From IMG/VR virus record IMGVR_UViG_3300030330_005386, positions 1 to 38,904 of that record: a stretch of 38,904 nucleotides of DNA, one strand, 5' to 3'. This document shows, piece after piece, positions 14,719 to 23,106 of this stretch. A model generated the notes under the pieces. It saw only the letters and a list, made by a program, of their open reading frames with translations, was not told the DNA's origin and did no database searches. The first letter of the stretch is position 1. Every line of letters begins with the position of its first letter. This DNA is from a virus. Position numbers and translations under genes: made by a program.

Positions 14719-17492
14719 TATACCTTACCAACACAATCGATTACTTGCAGAGTTGGGGTGCCAAAAGGAACCACAAATCCAGAATCATTAGGATTAATAA
14801 ATCTAAGAACCGGTTTCAAATCTGCATTAAATCCTGTTTCAGTATTTATTCTAAGAGACGGAAGTGTTGTAAAACCAATACCAGGATTAGTGATATTAGC
14901 GCCAATAATTTGTCCATTTCTGATAATTAAATCAGCAGATCCATTAGTTCCATCACCTATTAAAAGTTGATCTCCATCATTATAACCAAATCCAGGATTT
15001 GATACAAAAATGGAACCTATCGTACTTACAACTTCTTGTCCATCAGTCTGTGTTGATGTAGGAGGTTCATTAGGATCTTCAGGTGTGCCAGGAGGACATC
15101 CAGGTGCAGTGAAAGTCACATAAAATTCAGGAATCTTACCCCAGTTTGGATCAAGTAATTTCTCTCTCATTTTTCTTCCTACTCTAAGGAAGAATTTATT
15201 TTCTAAGAAGAATCTGATATCCTGTTCCGTATAACCCTCAGCAAATGCTCTTTGTGCATCGACTTCAAATCCAAACTGATGCCTAATGCCAGTCTCATAT
15301 GTTTTACCAAAAGAATAATCAAAAGATGTCATGTCCTTTAATTTGGGATTGACACCTGTGATGATACAACCAGGAATCATATCCTCAGTAAAGTTTTCAT
15401 CAATAACAATTGTTGCTTGTCCAGGTAAAGTAACTTCATCACCATAATAAACCCTAACAGTTTGTCCTAAACTGTAAGGAATATCCCATCTGTAATCTGC
15501 TCTGTGAACAGAGGTTTGACATCTGTTTGCCCATACTCTTCCCCCTCCACCTTTATCGCCATAGGGGAATGCTTCATAACCATATCCTGGATCGGTTATG
15601 ACTACATCAATAATTCCTGTTCCATCATCACCAGGCCCTGTTCCATCACCACCACCATCATCACCAGTCCCTGTTCCATCATCACCAGGCCCTGTTCCAT
15701 CACCACCACCATCATCACCAGTCCCTGTTCCATCATCACCAGTCCCACCACCTCCTGGATCTCCATCAATAGGACTTCCATCACCACCACCATCATCACC
15801 AGTCCCACCACCAGTTCCGGTTTCAATAGGACCTATGATTACTGTGCCTGTTCCACCTTGTCCATTGCCGCAGGCATCTACAAATTCTACAAAAGGTGCT
15901 GATGTATAGTTTCCTGAATTTAATATTTGAACGCCAAGAATTTCTCCTGCAGTATTGATGACTGCGTTGGCGGCACCACCAAAACCATTACCACCAAAGA
16001 ACTGTACATTTGGAGGCCCACAATTAACAGCACCTGTGTCACATGATCCATCAAGAACATTTTGCCAGATTGTCCCAGCATTAATATCACCAAGTGGTTC
16101 AAATACTGAACCATCAGCATTTGTGAAATTCCAATCATCGACTAGTTCATCAAATGTTGCAGTGACACTACCAACAGTGCTCGCTGCTGATGATGCCATG
16201 TTTTTTGCTTTATTAAAAACCTGTCCAAAATCCAACGGTTCCAAAGAGGAACTTGAACCGCTAAGAAAATCCCAGTTATCGGTTGAAGGACATATATTTT
16301 CAACAGGACATCTTATAATATCAATTATATCAATTGCAAAATCTATAAGTTCACTAGTAAAATCAATAATATCACCAATAAGTCCACTTAAAGGCCCTAA
16401 AATAGAATTGATAAGTCCAGTTATTCTACCAATAATTTCACCAATTATTCCCCCAAGAATATTTTCAACTAAACATGAGGCAGCGTTAAGAATTCTGTCT
16501 ATGATAGACTTTAAAATATTTCCTACTAGATTTTCTAAACCAAGTAGAATTCTGTAAAACAAACAAGACAATGCGGAAAGAGCTTTGTCTTTGGTTTCAT
16601 TTACAATGTATCTGGTGCTTAGAGGTACATTACCAATGAACTGGTTTACACCAGATGAAACTTTTCTTATCACCCATTTCCTCATCTCCTGCATCAGAGC
16701 AGCAATAATTTGTGAAATATCTTGAGCGGCATTACCTATAGATATTTCATATTCTTCACCACCGATACCTATTCCACTTGCTACATTAAAATTCTGTACA
16801 TCATTTAAAAAATTTTGTGATGTTTGGAGAAAACTATCTTCACCCAATAAACCAGTTCTGAGTTCCTCAATCTGTTTTATTAATCGATCAATAGCATCAT
16901 TTACACCAGCAGTATTTACAGGAGCACATGCCTTGGGCATGGTTGGTGTTTTGGTGTTTAATGGTTTTGCTTCCTTGTCTGAAAATTTAGAAGTTTTCTG
17001 TGTTCCAAATAATTCGTTTGTTGTTGGGTTTGTTGTAACTGAGGTATCGGGCACAACAGATTGCCCCGGTATAAAACCACTTAATGCCGCTACGCCCTGA
17101 GCTTGATTTCTACCGTCTTCCAATAAGTTCCTAACAAAATTAGGGACTACTGCTTCTATTTGATATGTGCCACTATTGGGATCTTTAGATACATAAACGA
17201 ATGTATTCGGTGTATATCTAATAATACCTACATTCTGTGCTCCCAATCCACTATTAAGTTGAAGCGGATATGCAAGAGGTAATCTATTTTCGGGTTTATC
17301 GGGGGGATCCTCACCTAATATTCTAATTCTGTATCGCTGAGCAACAACATCACCCCCCTGATTAGCACCATGTACGGCACTATCTTGCGTCTCCTCCTGA
17401 GCAGTCGTACCTACGATTACAGCAATCTTTCTGTAATGTTCAGCAAAACCTTTTGCTATTTGTAGTGATTCGTATCTGCTCGAAAGTCCCAT
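14718..17492 (-). CDS. gp5: Baseplate hub / central spike protein, gp5-like N-terminal OB-fold (924 aa), no obvious lysozyme domain
   Basis: QRYRIRILGEDPPDKPENRLPLAYPLQLNSG matches the T4 gp5 OB-fold pattern (GRVRVRVVGLHPP...LPW..V.QP). The middle has an Ile/Gly-rich glycine-zipper segment and a Gly/Asp-rich tandem repeat. Confidence 0.7.
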   Translation of the reverse strand: MGLSSRYESLQIAKGFAEHYRKIAVIVGTTAQEETQDSAVHGANQGGDVVAQRYRIRILGEDPPDKPENRLPLAYPLQLNSGLGAQNVGIIRYTPNTFVYVSKDPNSGTYQIEAVVPNFVRNLLEDGRNQAQGVAALSGFIPGQSVVPDTSVTTNPTTNELFGTQKTSKFSDKEAKPLNTKTPTMPKACAPVNTAGVNDAIDRLIKQIEELRTGLLGEDSFLQTSQNFLNDVQNFNVASGIGIGGEEYEISIGNAAQDISQIIAALMQEMRKWVIRKVSSGVNQFIGNVPLSTRYIVNETKDKALSALSCLFYRILLGLENLVGNILKSIIDRILNAASCLVENILGGIIGEIIGRITGLINSILGPLSGLIGDIIDFTSELIDFAIDIIDIIRCPVENICPSTDNWDFLSGSSSSLEPLDFGQVFNKAKNMASSAASTVGSVTATFDELVDDWNFTNADGSVFEPLGDINAGTIWQNVLDGSCDTGAVNCGPPNVQFFGGNGFGGAANAVINTAGEILGVQILNSGNYTSAPFVEFVDACGNGQGGTGTVIIGPIETGTGGGTGDDGGGDGSPIDGDPGGGGTGDDGTGTGDDGGGDGTGPGDDGTGTGDDGGGDGTGPGDDGTGIIDVVITDPGYGYEAFPYGDKGGGGRVWANRCQTSVHRADYRWDIPYSLGQTVRVYYGDEVTLPGQATIVIDENFTEDMIPGCIITGVNPKLKDMTSFDYSFGKTYETGIRHQFGFEVDAQRAFAEGYTEQDIRFFLENKFFLRVGRKMREKLLDPNWGKIPEFYVTFTAPGCPPGTPEDPNEPPTSTQTDGQEVVSTIGSIFVSNPGFGYNDGDQLLIGDGTNGSADLIIRNGQIIGANITNPGIGFTTLPSLRINTETGFNADLKPVLRFINPNDSGFVVPFGTPTLQVIDCVGKV
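15616..15741. repeat. Perfect 54-bp direct tandem repeat (2 full copies plus 18 nt), in frame in the gp5-like gene
   Basis: 15616..15669 and 15670..15723 are identical (cctgttccatcatcaccaggccctgttccatcaccaccaccatcatcaccagtc). The first 18 nt recur at 15724..15741. The unit encodes GDDGTGTGDDGGGDGTGP. Confidence 0.9.
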
Positions 17493-17495
17493 CTA

Positions 17496-17723
17496 TCAAT
17501 TGTCGTGTGTTTTACACTCGGGTGCGCCAGGTTCCATTTCGCAATAGAGTTCAAGTGCAGTAGGATCATGGTGATCTCCTGCTTCAATTTCTTCCTTATG
17601 ATTTTCAACGTAAACTTCAAGTTCGTGAAGTTCTTCTTCGATGTGACGGCGTTGTTGTGGAGACGTTGTGGGATTCTCAAGAATCTCCTTGTCCGTTTGG
17701 ATGTGCTTTTCTACGCTTTCCAT
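17496..17723 (-). CDS. cp12: CP12-like protein (75 aa), auxiliary metabolic gene
   Basis: HIEEELHELEVYVENHK followed by DHHDPTALELYCEMEPGAPECKTHDN matches the marine picocyanobacterial and cyanophage CP12 pattern (EEL..LE.Y..H, then DP..LE.YC-x8-C). The C-x8-C spacing is conserved. TAATG overlap with the upstream gene and a 3-nt gap to the gp5-like ATG. Confidence 0.6.
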   Translation of the reverse strand: MESVEKHIQTDKEILENPTTSPQQRRHIEEELHELEVYVENHKEEIEAGDHHDPTALELYCEMEPGAPECKTHDN

Positions 17724-19012
17724 TAGTTTTTAACTCCGTAAGAATCTCGTACTAAATTTAAACCGGTGAACGCCTGTGTTGGCGTACTGTAATGACACAA
17801 ATCCGCTATCATATATATGCCACTATCCTTGGGGCTCCTTGACTGACTCTTCTTTTGTGAAGTTTCAGGGAATTTACAGAACACCAGATCACCAGCACTC
17901 AATGATAGATCTGCATCAATCACTATATTAAGTGATGAACTGAACTTTTGCCTATAATTTTGTAGTGATTGTAGCGATGTCCTGACAATATCAAAACTAT
18001 TGTCACCTATGTCAGCTATGTCTCCACCTGGAATAATTTTTTGTCCATCATCTTTTGTTTGATGTAACTCAGCAGTTGTTTTATCTCTGTACTCTTTACT
18101 TATAATTGGAAGATTATTTCCTGCAATAATTCCATTTCCTTCTGATGGGGATGTTCTTTCTATCTCTTGAAATCTATCAGCATTTCCAAGTGGATTAAAC
18201 AAATCAAGTTCGGTGTTATAAGCACCCTCTTCAAACTGTTTAAGCATATCATTAATCAATACAAAACTAGACTTCAAAATTTTACCGCTGAAACCAGGAC
18301 TTACGCGATTATCTGCAAATCCTGTCTCCTCAAATTTCTTGATAGTCTTCCCTTTTGTATCAAATATTTTATCAAGAGACTTAAACTTATATCCAGTTGA
18401 AGTTTCCCAGAACAAATATCCTGCACTATCAATACCCTCAGGAACTGATACCTTTTGAACATCAAGACACATTTCAAAAGGATATCTATTATCACCATTA
18501 AATTGAATCTCATTCTCTGATGATTCTGAAGAAAGAATTTTCTCAGTTCCTAAATTTCTTAATGCTTGAGTGATCAGGACATCTGCTTTTCCAATATAAC
18601 TATCAGTCATTCTCCTTTCACTAAGGCAATTATCATATGCCTCTTTTGATACCACTCTAATTGAACAAGATGAATCCCTTACACCCTTTCCTGCAAAGAC
18701 AGTTTTACCAACTCGTAAATCATTATCACCCGACAGATCAATCTGATTACCAAATTGATCTTCTAGTTTAAGTTTGAACTTTTCAGTACCTTGTAGTTTG
18801 ATTGACTCTAATATACCTACAGTGCCCTTAGAACCATCATTAGATTTAGTTGCGGTGCCACTATCAATAATCGTCATATCAACTGTAATATAAGGACACA
18901 GCACACTCTCGCGGTATTCAAGAATGGGAACACCTGCTCTGAGATCAACAGAGTCATCATTCTCATTAGAGAAAACTTCTAGTATTCTATGGTTGAGAGA
19001 CTTTCCTTGCAT
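17723..19012 (-). CDS. Baseplate hub subunit, gp27-like (429 aa)
   Basis: Lies between the tape-measure-like genes and the gp5-like gene. The C-terminal pattern LSAGDLVFCKF...GIYMIADLCHYSTPTQAFTGLNLVRD resembles the gp27/gpD hub C-terminus. Assignment rests on position and weak similarity. Confidence 0.5.
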   Translation of the reverse strand: MQGKSLNHRILEVFSNENDDSVDLRAGVPILEYRESVLCPYITVDMTIIDSGTATKSNDGSKGTVGILESIKLQGTEKFKLKLEDQFGNQIDLSGDNDLRVGKTVFAGKGVRDSSCSIRVVSKEAYDNCLSERRMTDSYIGKADVLITQALRNLGTEKILSSESSENEIQFNGDNRYPFEMCLDVQKVSVPEGIDSAGYLFWETSTGYKFKSLDKIFDTKGKTIKKFEETGFADNRVSPGFSGKILKSSFVLINDMLKQFEEGAYNTELDLFNPLGNADRFQEIERTSPSEGNGIIAGNNLPIISKEYRDKTTAELHQTKDDGQKIIPGGDIADIGDNSFDIVRTSLQSLQNYRQKFSSSLNIVIDADLSLSAGDLVFCKFPETSQKKSQSRSPKDSGIYMIADLCHYSTPTQAFTGLNLVRDSYGVKN

Positions 19013-20967
19013 TATGCTGATACTTCTACTGGTTGAATCGCTATAACAACTTCTCTAGATTTAATCATACCTTGACTACCATATGTAGTGGGGCCATCTA
19101 AACCATCAGACATATTTCTATTTACACTCGCTACTATAGACGGTTTTGATACACTACTCTGCGATCCAAATTGTCTTTGAATTACTTCAAGTTGTTTTAA
19201 TTCTTCTGAAGAATAATCTCCAGGAATCAACATTCCAGGTTCGATTTGCTGATCTGGTTTTGAATCAACAACAGTTGGAATTTCTGGTTTAATTTTAGGA
19301 GAAATAACTTTTGGTTTCTCAGATCCAATTTTTCCTAGACTGAAAATATTGATATATTTTAATATTGCATTTGCCATATCTCTTTTTCTTTGCCCAATAC
19401 CAAAAATATCGTTTGATGATTTTGAATCTCTCTCAAGTTTTTTAAGAACTTTTTTTCTTTTATCTTCAGGAAGTTTAATAATTTTTGTAGCAGTCAATTG
19501 AGCAATTCTATCAGGATCAATCAAACCAAGATATGCTAGGAGTTCAAAATCTTCATTATAAGGAAGAATCGAACTAATATATTTTCCTAATAATTTTGCA
19601 CCTACATCAAGTCCCACTCCAATCCCAAATGAACCAAGATTTTTTAAGAAGTTTTTGGGACTAAGTAGTTGCTCTTTAAGAACTTTACCTGCATCAAATC
19701 TAAAATCCAATCCTTTTGTTAGAGTTTGAAGTCTCTTTGCATTTACATCAAAAGTTCTTTGTAACTTTCTGCTCAACACTTGTAAATTTTGAGGAATTGT
19801 GAGAGGTTGTTGAGCAGGAGGAATCGTAGGTGCGCGGAACCCTGGGCCTCTTAAAATTCCCTCTGGAGTTCTGTTTACTGGTTTTGGAAATGCTTGTGAT
19901 GCATCAGGAACATTGAATACTCTATCTGCTAAACCTTTTTTCTTTAAAATTTCATAAGCAGCCTTTCTTTCATTAAAAGATTCACCTTCAATATCATTCA
20001 CAATTTTAAGGAGATCGCTATTGCTAAATCCTAACTTTTTATATGTCTTAATTAAATTAGCGATATCACTACCAATCGCTTTACCAAGTAGTTGAGTAGG
20101 GGTATCAGGAATGAATTGTTTTGGCCCAATTGGTTTACTATATTGCTGTTTGTCTATTTTAATCTTTGATTTTCCCTCAAGCACATCATTAATCGCTTTA
20201 TTGATGTCATCAAAGGGCATTCCTCCTCTTCCTGGCACTCCCTTTCCAGCACCAACACTTACCCTCTGAGGTTGTGCTTGTTTCAGTACCCTAGGTTCTG
20301 CTGCCTTTGCTCTTTCTGCCGCTCTTACTTTGAAACGTGTTGGTTTAAAAACTCTTTTAATTATAGGTTGCTCAGCAGGTGTCTTGACAGGAGTTTTAAC
20401 AGCAGATGCTTTTGCTGGTGGTGCCCCTCCAGGCGGTGTTGGTTTTGGCCTTTGTAAACCCACCATTCTATATCCAAGGGCAAGTATGCCCATCATAACA
20501 GTGTCAAGAGTATCACTTAATTCATTGTACGGATTCATATTAATTACGAAATCCGAAATATCTTCAAAAGTTTCTTTAATATCAGTCGCCAATTCAACTA
20601 TATCTTCCCAAAGAGGAACTAGTACCTCATCAAAAAATTTCTTTGCTCGAGCTGCAAATTCTTTTATCTTTTCAATAATATTTTTTGCAAAGGCAGCAAT
20701 CTTGTCAAGATTTTTTACAAAGACACCAAGAAGAGTAAATCCAGCGAAACGGATCACGGTGTCTAAAATATTGCCACCAGGTTTTATTTTTTCTACTGCT
20801 TTGGCACCAACAGAACTGAAAAATTTTTTACTTTCAATTCTTGCTTCTCTTAATTCTTTATTTGCTGCTTGATCTTTTTTCTTTTTGTCACTAAATCTTT
20901 TGCTTCTAATAGCAAAATTTTTCTTATATGTATCAACAACCGATGTGAACTCAGTGAGTTTTATCAT
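19012..20967 (-). CDS. Tape-measure-like protein B (651 aa), gp29-like
   Basis: Basic Lys-rich N-terminus, then ILDTVIRFAGFTLLGVFVKNL, which is paralogous to the N-terminal module of ORF 20964..22928. A Pro/Ala/Lys-rich linker follows. ATGA overlap with the upstream paralogue. Confidence 0.65.
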   Translation of the reverse strand: MIKLTEFTSVVDTYKKNFAIRSKRFSDKKKKDQAANKELREARIESKKFFSSVGAKAVEKIKPGGNILDTVIRFAGFTLLGVFVKNLDKIAAFAKNIIEKIKEFAARAKKFFDEVLVPLWEDIVELATDIKETFEDISDFVINMNPYNELSDTLDTVMMGILALGYRMVGLQRPKPTPPGGAPPAKASAVKTPVKTPAEQPIIKRVFKPTRFKVRAAERAKAAEPRVLKQAQPQRVSVGAGKGVPGRGGMPFDDINKAINDVLEGKSKIKIDKQQYSKPIGPKQFIPDTPTQLLGKAIGSDIANLIKTYKKLGFSNSDLLKIVNDIEGESFNERKAAYEILKKKGLADRVFNVPDASQAFPKPVNRTPEGILRGPGFRAPTIPPAQQPLTIPQNLQVLSRKLQRTFDVNAKRLQTLTKGLDFRFDAGKVLKEQLLSPKNFLKNLGSFGIGVGLDVGAKLLGKYISSILPYNEDFELLAYLGLIDPDRIAQLTATKIIKLPEDKRKKVLKKLERDSKSSNDIFGIGQRKRDMANAILKYINIFSLGKIGSEKPKVISPKIKPEIPTVVDSKPDQQIEPGMLIPGDYSSEELKQLEVIQRQFGSQSSVSKPSIVASVNRNMSDGLDGPTTYGSQGMIKSREVVIAIQPVEVSA

Positions 20968-22928
20968 GATACTAAGTCCTCAATACCCAATGCTTTACCT
21001 ACCAGTCCTCTCATCTTGACACCAGAGGAAATTTTGAAAGTGGGAATATCATTATCTACCTGAGTGCTCGGTTGTTGTGCCGTTTGTTTCACTGCAGGCA
21101 AAACAATAATCTTAGATGAAGTAGGAGCGTTAGGTGTATCAATTCCAAGAAATTGTCGAATAGGTTTAAAAATAAAATCAAGATCAACTCCACTAAAGCG
21201 GTTATCTTCTTTCCTATTTGCAATCATTAGATCTATCAGATCCTTCCTTACTGCCTGTGCCCTATCATTAGAGTCAAAACCAGGACCCATACTTTCACCA
21301 ACACTATATGATGGTATGACATCATCCTTATTAGAAGCAGTTTCTAATTTAGTATCGTCTTCTTTTTTTGTAATTTTGCTACCCAAGTATTTTAATTCCT
21401 GAGGTAAAAATTCATTATAGTATTGTCCCCTTTGTTGTATATGATTATACCCACCATTAATAGATTTTGTGACTGCTCTAAGATCTCCTCTCGCTAATGC
21501 ACCTTTGTCAACATTCTCTTCCATAAAAGCAAAGGATGCCCTTGCTCCTATTTCTGGATCAAGCAGTAAATCGGGGTTATTTACTAAGTCTACACCAATC
21601 TTATTTCCAAAATGTCTATAGTTATCTTTACCAGTTAGTTGAATAAATCCTCTGCCTCTATACTTATATCCCTCACCTTCATTACCCATATAAGGCCCGT
21701 ACATGTAGTCAAAGAATGCTTTATCATTCATTTTTAACTTATTCAGTTCATCATCAGACATATCAATCTTTGGCCCATTAGGTGGTCCAAATATTGATCT
21801 GATGTGAGCTGCAGAACTTTGTGAGTGTCCTCGTTCAGCGACATTTTGGAAACCACTTTCTGCTTTAAATTGAGCAAGATACATTGCTCTTGTTTTTGCA
21901 TCGGTGATTCCTCTTCTATCCATTTCATCTCTAAGAGCTTGTACTACTCCTCCTCCACTATAACCGGAAACTAATCCAAACTTAGGACGATTAGTTCCAC
22001 CACCCGCTTTATTCATGGCCATCATGGTGTCTGCACCAAACATATTGACGGCACCACGACTCATGACAAACTCACCTGGTGTCAACATCGCTGGAACTGT
22101 ATCAGTTCCCATAGGCATCATCAATCCCCCCGCTGCAAACATTGGAATTAACATAGGAATTCCACCGGGGCCAGTTCTAGGTAAAGGAACAGTCTGTCCA
22201 GGCGTGTTGAACGTGCCAGGACTAGATGGTAGTCCTTTCTGTTGTTCAGGGGTGGCAAAATACTGTCCAAGAAATGGGAATCTCACTAACAAATTTTTAA
22301 AGTCCTCTAAAAACTTTTTAACTTGATCTACAGTACCTCTAAACCAATCAATAACTCCCTGAATCTTTTCTCTTGCCTCACGTAATTTTTCAGGAATTGA
22401 TCTAATAAAATTCTGAGCATCTTCTATATATTTTTTATTTTTAGGATTACCAAGAAATTCTGCAACAAACTTTACTAATTGTCCCAAAACGGTAAATCCT
22501 AAAAATCTTAAAATAGTGTCAAAAATATCTTGAATTTTTTTAACTGATTTTTTGATAACACCAGAATTGGCAAATAGTTTTTTACCTTCAATTCTTTTTT
22601 CTCTTTTTTCGCGCTTTACCTTAGCGTCTTTTTTTCTATCATAATCTTGTTCTTTCTTTTCTAATTCATTATCTGCCTTAATGACAGTAATAAGTTCATC
22701 AAGTTTTTCAATTAACTCTTTACTGGTATCCTCATCTTTAGGAATAAGTTTATATGGCTCAATCTTGACAACAACAGGAGGAGCACTAGGCAATCCAGGT
22801 GCTTGATATCTTTGCCCCTTCAAAGGGTTTGTAAAAGTTTTTCTTTTCAAAAACTTTTCAGTATCTATCTTCGCTCCTTTAGAGTCATCTTCTTCTCTGA
22901 TTGACTTTAAAAGATCGTCTAGATTCAT
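20964..22928 (-). CDS. Tape-measure-like protein A with embedded GH19 (chitinase-class) muramidase domain (654 aa)
   Basis: The tape-measure-type motif MLTPGEFVMSRGAVNMFGADTMMAMN is present. GH19 signatures are AQFKAESGF (catalytic Glu) and YRGRGFIQLTGKDNYRHFG, which fits [FHY]GRGxxQ[IL][ST]..NY. The N-terminal module FDTILRFLGFTVLGQLVKFV is shared with the next gene. Confidence 0.75.
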   Translation of the reverse strand: MNLDDLLKSIREEDDSKGAKIDTEKFLKRKTFTNPLKGQRYQAPGLPSAPPVVVKIEPYKLIPKDEDTSKELIEKLDELITVIKADNELEKKEQDYDRKKDAKVKREKREKRIEGKKLFANSGVIKKSVKKIQDIFDTILRFLGFTVLGQLVKFVAEFLGNPKNKKYIEDAQNFIRSIPEKLREAREKIQGVIDWFRGTVDQVKKFLEDFKNLLVRFPFLGQYFATPEQQKGLPSSPGTFNTPGQTVPLPRTGPGGIPMLIPMFAAGGLMMPMGTDTVPAMLTPGEFVMSRGAVNMFGADTMMAMNKAGGGTNRPKFGLVSGYSGGGVVQALRDEMDRRGITDAKTRAMYLAQFKAESGFQNVAERGHSQSSAAHIRSIFGPPNGPKIDMSDDELNKLKMNDKAFFDYMYGPYMGNEGEGYKYRGRGFIQLTGKDNYRHFGNKIGVDLVNNPDLLLDPEIGARASFAFMEENVDKGALARGDLRAVTKSINGGYNHIQQRGQYYNEFLPQELKYLGSKITKKEDDTKLETASNKDDVIPSYSVGESMGPGFDSNDRAQAVRKDLIDLMIANRKEDNRFSGVDLDFIFKPIRQFLGIDTPNAPTSSKIIVLPAVKQTAQQPSTQVDNDIPTFKISSGVKMRGLVGKALGIEDLVS

Positions 22929-23017
22929 TACCCTTGCTGCTGTTGCATCTTAAGTTTCTCTTCTTCCAAATGAGATCTTAGGAGTTCAACATAAACGTCT
23001 CTCTCCCAAGGCATCAT
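22928..23017 (-). CDS. Possible 29-aa ORF (MMPWERDVYVELLRSHLEEEKLKMQQQQG)
   Basis: Below the track size cut-off. Its stop overlaps the start of the tape-measure-like gene (TAATG), and a CATAAATA motif lies 23 nt upstream. Confidence 0.35.
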   Translation of the reverse strand: MMPWERDVYVELLRSHLEEEKLKMQQQQG

Positions 23018-23039
23018 GTTTTCTATCTCTGTTAATGAG

Positions 23040-23047
23040 TATTTATG
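23040..23047 (-). promoter_or_regulatory. Late-promoter-like motif CATAAATA
   Basis: Minus strand reads CATAAATA in the 89-nt gap downstream of the gp2-like gene, upstream of the 29-aa ORF and the tape-measure operon. Confidence 0.4.
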
Positions 23048-23106
23048 GAACTGAATCAAAGAAAAATTTAACTTATAGTAACTCTCCAAATTCATATGGG
23101 AGAGTG

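Noticed and set aside
15504-15909. Pro/Ser-rich ORFs (15598..15909 and 15504..15902, plus strand) and the alternative-frame minus-strand ORF 15602..15826 over the tandem repeat; also considered as a CRISPR-like array
   Set aside because: They are mirror or alternative frames of the Gly/Asp-rich repeat within the gp5-like gene. The repeats are directly adjacent with no spacers and stay in frame, so this is a coding tandem duplication and not a CRISPR array.
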